Below are positions 25,648-36,488 of a DNA stretch of 46,802 nucleotides, piece after piece. Numbering within the stretch: position 1 is the first letter of the stretch; each line of letters starts with the position of its first letter. The stretch covers positions 1 through 46,802 of the forward strand of contig JALAGF010002232.1 in assembly GCA_030167865.1 (NCBI GenBank). Direction: 5' to 3'. The position numbers and the translations under genes are program-made. Source of the stretch: Craspedostauros australis. Lineage: Eukaryota. Under the pieces are notes generated by a model. It did no database searches, was not told the origin of the DNA, and worked only from the letters and a program-made list of their open reading frames with translations.

Positions 25648-27093
25648 ATGTTTGCCAACACCAAGTACGCCGTCAAAGTGGCGGAGCAATTCGCGGCGCA
25701 GCAGCGCGCCAAGGAGCTCGTGAGAGACGGCAGGTCCGACATCGCTGTCATCAACAAGACGGGCCCAGCATCAAAGCGCGGTGCCCGCAACAATGGAAGG
25801 CGGGGACGAGGATTCATGCAGAAATCCTTCAGCATGCGATCCATCTCGTGCAGCACCACCATCAGCACCAACTCGGCTTCCACCTGGAGCGCCGAGAATA
25901 GCCTTTCCAAAGGCATCAGCAATCGCAGCAGCCACAGCCAAGGCAGCGGCATGCGACACGGCATCGGCATCGAATTTGAGACCGGCAACGATGCTGGCCA
26001 TGGACACGCTCTCGGCACCAAACGCGGTCGCAGAACGCTCCTCACCGACACACCACAGCGATCCTTCGATGACGACGAGGAAGTGGAGGAGGGCGACGAC
26101 TCCCAACTATCGGGAGCGCACACGACGCATGGCAGCAAACCAACTGCCTCCATCACGGTTTCCGAAACGGCAAGATCAGAGGACACGCCCATCACATCGC
26201 TGGAGCATTCTGCGACGGGTCTGTGGCCGCGTCGCACATCGGCATTGTCGCCGCCACCCATGAGGCCTGCCAACGCCCAGCAGAGGAAGCAGCAGCGCGT
26301 CGATGTGGCCCTCAGCAAGATCGAGGACGCCGTGGAGCAACAGGAAGCCCAGCAGACGAAGATTGCCAGCTGCATTGACTCGCACGTCAAGCTGGCCAAA
26401 TGTCGCTACGATCACTCCACGGGCAACACCGTCGGTAAGTCGCGATCAATCGATCCATCCACGTGCTGCTGCCATTACGCGCTTTAGTATGCATGTCGCG
26501 CTGGCAGTACTGATGTAGAATACAATATTCCACTCAAGCAGGATCTCATCGTCTCCGTATCTGCGACGACTCACACGAACAACCTCTTGCATCCACCCAC
26601 GCCCAACTCTTTCCCCTACGCGCCAACCGCATCGCCACACTTTCAACTTCACACAGCCGCTTGCTGCAACGCTCACATCATCCGCGAACTGCAACGCGAC
26701 TACAAGCTCATCGACCGCGTCCTCGACGGGCTCGCCCAGCTGGAAATCAACCTCGCACAGGGCTTTGTCAACACGAAACTGATGGAGGCTTCGATCGCCG
26801 AGATCGTCAACATGAAACCAAACATGAAGCCGCTAGAGCCCGTCTGCGACGAGGATTGGATCCAGCTGCTGCTAAGCTCCGACTCCCTCGTACCGCAACG
26901 CAGCAAGACCTCGGCGCGGCGGCGATCCGGCGGCTTCGATCATGACGCTGGATCCAGCGCCTACAGCAGCTACACGAACGCCACCAACCGAAGCAAAGGC
27001 ACCAGCAGCACCGCCAGCAGTCATCGCGGCAGTGGCGCGGAATCAGGCGTCGTCGCCAAGACCGTTGATGTCGTTGTCCCACTGAAGCAGTAG
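25648..27093 (+). CDS. Paralog 1 of an uncharacterised family (conserved N-terminal helix, Ser-rich linker, Snf7/ESCRT-III-like helical domain), ~407 aa, exons 25648-26434 and 26657-27093
   Basis: N-terminus MFANTKYAVKVAEQFAAQQRAKELVRDGRSDI is shared with the other two paralogs. Phase-1 intron 26435-26656 (G|GTAAGT...ACAG|CC) joins ORF 25648..26487 to ORF 26587..27093 in frame. The gene model is firm; the ESCRT-III resemblance is inference. Confidence 0.85.
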
Positions 27094-28205
27094 AGCAGAG
27101 TAGAGTAGAGAGGCGTGTCTGGTGTTGGATTACAACGATGGGACTTGGGGAATATTACTACCATGCATCCGACAGCGTTTTGTGGCGCACGAGTATAGTA
27201 TAATACATACATATGATAGATAGAAGAGACACGAGGAAGCGAGTAACGCCATACTCCTTCGCGATCATTTTAGAAATTTTAAGTGATTTTGTTGACGAAA
27301 GAGCCTATATTCCCAAGATACTTGCGGTTTCGTCAATCCCCTACGACGGACGGACCAGGCAACCAGAGCCGACCGAGACGACACAACGTGGTGCCGGCCC
27401 AGCAGTAGCACCACAGCGACAACACATGACAGCAACAACAGAGAGACCAAACAAACGACAGAAAAAATCAATTGTAACTATCTGATTTACAAACCATACT
27501 ATCACACAGCATCATCATCGTCTGGAACTGCCCTTCGGCTCAAAGCCGGGTAGAGACTGGCGAGGACGCTGTTGTTTCAACAATTTTGGCCTTCGTCCCT
27601 CCATTTTTGCTTGTTGGAAGTCCAAGGGGAAATTCGATTCTTGCATGAAGTGACAGATCGCGACGCGCAGAAGTACGAGACTTGCCCACTTTGTGGCACA
27701 CAAAGAGGGAAGGCAACAGTGTCCCAACAGTGTCGTGTGAGAGGAATCGGATGGTGCGTGTCTGGTGCAAGTACAAGTGCGACTGTACTTGCCAATCACT
27801 CCAGACTCTACTTGCACGCCAACTTCGTGCGAGCGTTCTGCCAGAAGACGACGCTCGCGTGATGCAGACCTGCATGCACAGAAGATTTTTGTCATGTGTC
27901 GTGTCTCTTGGGCAGATTAGAATCGTTGGCCATTGGAGGATCAGACCAAACACGGCGTGACTTGACTTGACTGCAAACACGGCCGATGGAGCCTTCATGG
28001 CCTCACGAACTGAACCCATCATCTGTTGTTCTGCTCGTGCTCGAAGCAGAGCAAACTTGGCGGAACCAGCCGATCCAACCCAGCAAACTCGGGTCTCCAC
28101 AATTGCTTGCGCAAGACGTTGCACTGACAGGGATATTGACTTGCTATTCCGGCATTGTAAGCGCAGGCAGCGGCGGTGGGCGAAGTTCACTGTGCTCTAT
28201 GTAAA

Positions 28206-28231
28206 AGGCAGAGGCAGAGGCAGAGGCAGAG
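28206..28231. repeat. (AGGCAG)n hexamer repeat
   Basis: aggcagaggcagaggcagaggcagag. Confidence 0.85.
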
Positions 28232-29002
28232 ACGGAGGCACAAGATACAGGCCAAGATAGCCGCATGAAACCGAAAGCCGACATCGTCCATCCCATCAGA
28301 GCATTCCCCAACAGCAGCAGATCCAAGAGACCTGCACATGTCACAACCATTGGACGTACAGCAAGAGATGTCCCTCGCGCCCATTCGCCCATTAAAAGAA
28401 TAAAATGAAAGAAGGAAGGAGAGAGAGAGAGCGCGCACCACCTGAGCTCAGCCGACCATATCGGGCCGCAACAACACATCGCATCACATCACGCCACAAG
28501 CCATCCGGCAGCAGGCAGAGCAGGCAGTCGACAAGGTAAGAGCGATTTGAGGAAGCAAATAGTGCCATTTAAATATGGTGCTACCACAGCAATCACCAGC
28601 AGACTGGAACGAGCATTCCAAGTACGGTGAAGCCAAAGGCACCGGCAAATTGGTCTACGATTGTTGGACAAACACATGGTCGAGCTGCTGGCCTCTGCAG
28701 GGTCCAAACGACCTTCCACATACACACCCAATCAAGCTACCAATTGGAAACTTCGATGCAACAGAAAAGGCGTGCTCATCGCTGTGGCATCAACCAAGCA
28801 ACACACGGCTGGCAGGAGTGCAAGCTGCGACGACGATACCGAGTTTGCTCAGACGACGCTGGCACCCTCTGTGGCAACCAAGAGAACAAGTTCTCGCGAT
28901 AGTATGGCAACCAGGTTCGATTTCGTGCGCAGTCCAGGAGAAGCGAGGAGGACCATGTGTGTATGCAATGGGCCGCGCTGATTCCACAAAGCACAGAGCA
29001 AT

Positions 29003-29644
29003 ATGAACGACGTTAGTCTTGAATTTCACTTTAATTCAATGTCCCATCGTGCACTAACCCTTCGTTCCTACTTTTGCATTCTGAAGCATCATCAGCAAGC
29101 CCACCAGTACAGTCGCACCTTGCTCTCTTCACTCATGCAAAGCGTACCAAACGGCGAGAATACCGAACAAGCTACGGAACCGACTTCGGTCTGGACTGAC
29201 GATCGCCTCGAATCCTTGATGGCTGAGTTCGATCAGTTCAGTGAGAGCGATTGGAATCTATCCGATTCGGACTCTGCTGCTTCAGAACTCCATGCATCTA
29301 GGAGGCCAGCTCCTGAGGTTATGATCTATGTCAACGAGGTGACACAGTTCGATGTGAAGTTTGGACGGGGAACTGGGCCCGTTCACCATGCAGGCAACCA
29401 ATTCTTGCTCCAGGCGGTGAGACGGCACATGGTGGAGTACCAGCAGTGCAGCAGATGCGACAAGACAGCTCTCGCACGGAGTCTTGTCCGGCTGGTGGAG
29501 AGGCGCGGTGGTCGCTTCGTCTCTCTCGATGCTTTGATGGGGGCCTGGTATGTTGTAAGCCCACGGGCTGCCCGGGAGAAGGTATCGTCGACCTTTCGCC
29601 AGCTCATTCGTCAGGCTCGGAGGGCTGGTCACGATTCGGAATAA
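29003..29644 (+). CDS. DUF6824 domain protein (family expanded in diatoms); probable intron 29012-29086
   Basis: Signature FDVKFGRG...HHAGNQF....Y.....DK..LA..LV..V...GGRFV......WYVV....AREKVSSTFR. ATGAACGAC|GTTAGT, branch point CACTAAC (29052-29058), a pyrimidine tract and in-frame AG acceptors at 29086 and 29095 suggest a 3-codon first coding exon. Confidence 0.88.
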   Translation: MNDVSLEFHFNSMSHRALTLRSYFCILKHHQQAHQYSRTLLSSLMQSVPNGENTEQATEPTSVWTDDRLESLMAEFDQFSESDWNLSDSDSAASELHASRRPAPEVMIYVNEVTQFDVKFGRGTGPVHHAGNQFLLQAVRRHMVEYQQCSRCDKTALARSLVRLVERRGGRFVSLDALMGAWYVVSPRAAREKVSSTFRQLIRQARRAGHDSE

Positions 29645-31245
29645 TCGTAGCGAGATGCCGATTTGGACAGAGCAAGAGTGCACAAGAGAGTGGTTTGGAG
29701 TAGCATCGTATCATCGCAGCTGTAGTAGCAATCGTAATCGTAATCATAATACAATCTATTGCAATACATTAGAATGCATCATACGAATGCTGCCCACGGC
29801 GACGAAACCGGTAGGCGTCACGATCATGATGCTGACGGCCACCACATTCAATGTTGACAGGCGTTGGAGATCGAGAAAATGAACCGCACCATCAAACTCG
29901 CAGGCAGCCTGGCGGATGGATCGCGAACGCGCCATCGCGTTGAATACAACGTGAACGCACAAGCACACTCGCGCCATATTCGGACCATATTTGTATAATA
30001 CTTGGAAGCACGCTTGTATCCGAACGCGCAAGCACGGCTGCCCATGGAACTGCCGCGAACGGAGCGAGCTGCAGACATCGTGTCATCGCCATCGTACGAG
30101 TATCGTCATCATCATCCCGATCTCCACTGTTGTATTGGAATGGTGAGCCACCAGTATACCATCTGCAGGAACCATCCAGACGTTACCCTTTTCTTGCAAG
30201 AGTGTCCTTGCTTGCTTCCGTGCATGTTGCGGGGGTTCTTGTGGGAGCCTGCATACTTTGGACACATCCGAATCAGGCATCGGCGAAGTTGACAGCCAGA
30301 CCGAACACCAAACGTGCTTGGCATCACAACATCGCTCTGGTCGTTGTTTGCTCTGTTTTGTGGCCATCTTCCATCTCCCACCACACCGTCTTGCTCGTCT
30401 GGCTCCCACCATTTTGCTGTAAACAACCTTGGAACATCGATGATGTTGATCACGTCCATTCGTGATGATGCTTTGTCTGCGGCATCGGTTGTAGCAGCGA
30501 CAGCAGCAGCAGTAGACGCGCAGTCTGAAACAGGAGGAGAGCGAAAGAAAGCGGCGTGAGCAGAATCACGAAGCCGTCACCCACTACTTGATCGGCGCAT
30601 CCACTGGATTCATTCTTGGCAACGTTCGTTTCTGCTCATGATTGTACGTTGCATTATATGCACTAGAATGATGCAGTCTCTGGAAGGGGAAAGGTTGCCG
30701 AACTCTTCGGTTTGCGTTCCTGACAGTCGCAGATAGCTATGACGGCGGCGGCGGCAGAAACGGTGCGTGATGAAGATAGTGTACGCGCTGCTGGGTACGC
30801 AAGGGAGTCTACCCTCCTCTACTCAGCCATGCACCTGCGTACGACGACCGCCACTACTGTACAGACTGTTGGAGCACTTGGTGGTGTATACTGTTTCTAC
30901 TTAAATTTTACATGTGCAGGAATATGCATCGAAAATTGGACATGTCGCCAAGCCCTTTTTGTCCACCCTCCAACAGTCGCTGCGATGCTTGATGGCGACG
31001 GCAATGCTAGAGTATTGGTGCAGCAAGTATGACATGCATGTTGGCTGGGTCCATCGTTCCCTGACTTGGATGGACTGCTTGCGACTGCTCCTCGTCCAGC
31101 GCGATCCTCTCGGACTCTTCGCTTTTCTTCTTTTGTCTCGTTCTGCGGATGACGATGCCTGCTTGCGTGACCTCGATAACGGCAGAGGACGACTGCTAAC
31201 CAGAGCGCAACCTCCGCATGCGAAGAAGCGTCACATCCTGGCAAA

Positions 31246-32662
31246 TCAGGCTTGGGGAATCATGAGGGAGGCACTCGATGCCGACATCCGCTTCTCCTTC
31301 TCCAAGGCCTCGGTCAATTCCCGCAGCAGATCCTCATCCTTGAAGCTCCGGCGCGAGTTGTTGGAGCTTCTGCGGCTGCCCGCGGGCGATGCCGCGCCCG
31401 CGTTGACGACCTCTTCGATGGCCTTATCCATGGAGGAGAGGTCGAAGGCGTCGACGTATCCCAGCCGCAGGTTCTCCTCGATCTGGTGCAGGCCGTTCAT
31501 GAGATGCACGATGTTCTGGCGATCCTGTTGCAGACTCTTGACCGCCTGCATGCTGAGGAGGGCGCCTGCACGTATGGTGGAAGTGAATATGTCGTTGCGA
31601 AGAGGGGGTGAGGTAGGTGGGTAGGTAGGTAGATGGGGACGTTGATACGAATAGCGCGGAGAGTACCAGGTGTGTGTGTATTGCGAATGCAAGGCAATGT
31701 CGAAGATGTGAAGGTTGGCATAGGGCAGAGAAGAGGACGAAAGACGTGGAGGTTGTGGGTTCGGTGAGTACGTGTCTGGGTTCGAGGTCCAGGTTGCTTG
31801 GAAGCAGTCCAGGAGAAGGCAAGCCATAGAGCACCCATCTGTGGATCAACTCGCCACAACGTGCAAGAGTGATATTTTCGATGATACCAGCAGGCAGAGC
31901 AATGAATCAAATAGATTCATGTCGCATCCGTCCAACATGTGTACATGTCATCATTCTGTGGCATGCTTGGGCAACACCTTCACAACTTTGACAAAAATGA
32001 ATGGACCAGGACGAGCCAAAACAGCACAAAGCAAAGATCCCAAAGATGTGCCTCTTGGTCCACCCTGCGCGATGATGTCCACGCGATGCGTCAGCGCAGA
32101 TTCGACGCCGCTGCCTTCACTTACCCATGCTGTTGCTGGAGTACTGCAAGCGAGCCTTGGCCATCTCAGTGTGATGGCGGATGGCGTCCTCGATACGTTC
32201 TTTCTTGTTGGTTTGCGTGTCCATGGCGTCCGCGATCCTTGCCTCGGCCTTTGCGATGGCTTCGGCTTGGCGTCCCTTGAAGTCGAGGGCGGTGCTCGCG
32301 CTCGGACGATGTGCCGTGGTGCTTTGCGACGAGCTGGGGAGGCTGTCGGAGTCCGCCACGGAGCTGGAGGAATGGTCCCTGTTGGACACGCTGGTGTCAC
32401 TGTTGCGGTGCAGATGCGATTCCAGGGGCTTGCTGTGCTTCTTGCTGGTTGGAGAGAAGGGAGCGGAGAGCGATGCAGACTTCGCAGTTGAATCCGTCGA
32501 GGATGATCGAGAAGTTATGCTGGAATTCTTCTTTCTGGCAACAGGACGGCAGTTGTTCCGCAGCTCGATGTTTGAGTGTCCCTTCATGGCGATCTCCTTG
32601 GCGCGTTGCTGCGCCGCGACGCGTTCCGCGATCTTGAATGCTTGGTTTTGGGTGGAAAACAT
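31246..32662 (-). CDS. Paralog 2 of the same family, ~285 aa, exons 32662-32125 and 31565-31246
   Basis: N-terminus MFSTQNQAFKIAERVAAQQRAKEIAMKGHSNIEL. Phase-1 intron 32124-31566 (ATGG|GTAAGT...TGCAG|GC) gives ...AKARLQYSSNSMG-ALLSMQAVKSLQQD..., the same intron position as in paralogs 1 and 3. Confidence 0.85.
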
Positions 32663-35600
32663 CTTGGCTCAATGGTGTGGTGTGCTGGCTCGGCTCTCAA
32701 CTGGTGTGCTTCTGGTTCTGGTCTTTGCGTCTCTGCTGATCCTTTTTGTTTGGCCCGGTTGTCGATTTGTGAGGCAATGTGAGAGGATGACACGATCAAG
32801 GAACGTTGGTGGCTGGGTCTGGGATCGCGGATGAGGTGGTGGTGGATCCGTGCGGAACGAGGAGCTTTCTCATGTGTGTTGCTTTCCATTGTGGTATCGC
32901 ATCGCCGGTGTTGCGTCACACGCCCCGAAGCTGGTAGTCGATTCTTCTCGATGCGAATTGTAGTCGTGTTCGCAGTTGTCGAGCTTTGTGTCCGCTGTCT
33001 CGATGGGAGTTTTTGACACAGATGCGAATTGCGAATGTGTGGAGATTCGTTGTGGATTCGAATGTCTTCAACACTCTGCTTGGGATTTTCGATTTCCTCA
33101 GTGACATTTCTGGTAGTGTGGTTTTGCGTGCTGTTGTTGCAAAGAACAGTGCGCTCACAACTATTCGTTGGTTGGCGTCACAAGTTCCCAACCACAAATG
33201 CGAAGCGCAAGGGATCCATTAAATGAAACAACCAACTGCCCATAAGCGGGCGACACGCCGTCGTGCACGTCAGTACCTTTTTCTTGTCTGACGACATTCC
33301 GGTGTTGCAGAGAGGTTTCAGACACACGTACGAGAAGACAACAACTCCAGCTTGTGACTCACATGGCGAAGGCGCGATTAGTCGCGCACAGGCCCAAAGC
33401 GTGCAACATGACTCATTGCAGCGTTAAGGACATCTTCGGAAGACTGGCAGATTCACTGTGGATTCACTACGACATGTTGAGGCTTCCGATAGCGCGCTTC
33501 TTCATTTCTACCTCACGTTAGGAGATTCGTCGTCTTGGAATTGCCTCCCGCGTGTCGAGTCACGTGTGCAGTTTCGTGACGCTCCCCAAGACCAACAAGG
33601 CACGATCACCAGAAACGATCGTGAAAATCATGTTCAACTGGAATAGAATCTCCATGAATCATCTCCCTCTGTGGTGCCGCACCTCCAACAAGTCCAGGTA
33701 TTCCAACCGTGCTTGTACTTAAACTAATGTCACGCGCTGTTCTTGGAATGCGGTTCGCAGCTGCCTTTCGTTCCCACTGTACCAGTTGCCAGCACAGCCC
33801 GTTCGGCAGAAGAGTACAAATATCGAAAGGGTCGTGGGTCATGTTCCCTGTCGCGAAGCAATCAAATTCAATACTGTGGCCGCCTGCCATGTTGAAGGCT
33901 CAGGACATGAGCCTTGTAACTCATTCTGGCGACAACTGCTTTTCGTGCGTTTCAGTCATCATGTTTACGACTACACGTGCATCTCTTCTATGGATCGATG
34001 TCAACAGGACAACGCGATCTGGAGCGTCGTATTCCGGGCTGATTTACGAGCTGTGTGCTGCGTGCTGCGTGCTGAAGTGACGCAGCATGGAGTGATACCA
34101 TCATTCATTCCTCCATGTGAAGATCTGTCGTGTGTGTTCCGAGGTATGCTTGTGCGAGCATGGTCCAATACTCGCCAAACGACGAAGTGGACCTCCCAAG
34201 AATCGCCACAGCGTGACCACCAAGGCAGTCCTTGCAGGCAATCAAAACATCGAAATCAAATCCTCATCGAACGTATGATTATATTCTATTATTACATTAC
34301 ACCACATTACATTATGTGAGGTAAGCTAGTACGTCACCGTGTCCCACTTCCACTTCCACACCTCTCTTTTTCTGTGTTGTCATCTATTCTATCGTGTCCT
34401 TGTCGCGTCGCCCTTCCGCTTCGTCGTTCCTGTGAGTGGCTGAAAGTTTCTTCGCTGCGAAGGGTTGCCAACCACCGACATGGGGAAGAGTGATGTGTTG
34501 GGAAGCTGCGAACACGGCTCTGACTGTTTGGTAGAATGGAATGTCTGTTTGCGAATATGTATCCCTATGTCAGTTTGCACTTTGTTTTTGTCAGTGTGTT
34601 TGTCGCTCACCAAACAGACTAACATGCACAACGTAACGTCCGCCTTCGTACGTCTGTTGCAAATCAGCACTCATCATTCTCACAAACTTGCGGAATCGGC
34701 TCTGTCCTTGGAAGATTCAGTCTTCAAGACGAAGCCGGATAGGGAGAGGCCGAAGCATCTTCCTAGATGGTTCTGTTGGATCCATCGCTGTTCACATAGG
34801 AAGCATGTCAAATGGGTGTTGTTGGCAAAGACACAAGTTGATGATTTGAGGTGGATACCGTGCGTGTGTTTGATCTGCGCTGTGCGGTTAAGGGACCTTT
34901 GCAATGGGGTGGACAACTGTGATGTCGCAGCAGGTACTGCCTCCTGACAAATCGTGCGTGTTGTTGGGATTTTGTCGTCGCCAAAGCCAATGAATGCAAT
35001 GTTGGAGTTGAGTTGCACCTTGCTCTTCGTGGCGAAACGAGTCATGGAGCCCAAGCATAAAGGGCGCAGACATGAACACACAAGATTACAATGTCACCAT
35101 GACGATGCGATCATTGCAATACGATCATGTCAGGAGCAGCATGGATCCAATCCACGAACAAATCCACAACAAGGACGGAGTAGTCAAAGATATATATATA
35201 TAGAGAGAAGCTTCTAGACCCCTTGAGCAGTCCTCGTTTCGCAGGTGTCGTTCAAGCGTCGTCCTCGTGGAGAGGGCATCTCGGCACGTTGCCACATGGA
35301 GAGACGATGTGAGAGGATTGGTTTTCTTCTCGCATGGCGTGTCACACATAATGCCGGCCTGTCGTCAACGAAGCCCTCTCTGGTTGTTGGCGTTATCGGG
35401 GTGTTCGAAGGAGCAGAAGTGTCGCTGGCAACGTGCTCTTCGTGAGTTTTTGAATACTGGCAACCACGATCGGTGATGTTTGGTCTCTGTGTCGGAAGCG
35501 TGGCTTGTTGGTGGCGATTATTTCCTGTTCGTTCTTGCCGCAACTGTTTGTTTCCGTTGTTTCGCAGCTTGTTGCTCTCCGCACTTGTGCATTGCTTGCG

Positions 35601-36488
35601 CGGGCTTTTTCGCTTGTGAGCGCAGTGGAAAGTGCAACGTCGTACCAGACATGGTAGTGGGACGAAACATTTAATAAGCAAGCTCACAGACGTCATAGTT
35701 GGCCTTCTTCGTGATAAAAAGCAAAGAGCCCTGCATAAGTATGAACTGGGCAGCCGCTGTTCCATCGGAAGCGACACGGCTACGGACAAGAGTCCATTTC
35801 ATCGCGGTGACGTAGAAATGTCGGTGGCGGTACTGAGAAGGAGACATGCACTCACGGACAAATGAAGGAGAGAACAAGCAGGCGGTAACGACTGCGCCAG
35901 CGATTGCCAGTAGAAGTACTCCTGCACAATCACACAACCAGCCCAAAGTCTGGTTCGCGACAACGCCTCCACAAACTCACAACGAAAGAAGACGAGGCGA
36001 AATACAGCGCAACGCACGAGACGTGGCTGCGCGAAGCGATACAGCAGACAGGCGCGCAGAGAGTGAGAAATCAGCGACAAACGAAAGGGAAAACGATGCA
36101 GGAGAAGCCGCTCCAAGGGCAAAAAAGCATGCGCAAATCATGCCCTGTCGTCGTTCTCCTCCTCGCCTCGTTGGTTCGAAGGCGATAATTTCCAACGCAA
36201 ACCACACCGCTCTGCCAATCAGCACGCTGACACAACACCATTGGCAACAACTTTTCGCAACTTCGAATTCAGCAACGGCAGCAGAGGCAACCAATCAACC
36301 CGGACATCCAACCATCGCCGGCACACTTGTCTTGGCGCAACCGCAACAGCACAAAACCGATTGCTGATCCACGCAGACCAAACCTCACATCATAGGCCCA
36401 ACTTCTTTCATACAATAGAACACAATACGAGAAAACACAATTGAATCAACGCTTGTTCATCAACAAAGCATTTCGACAGATACCCACG

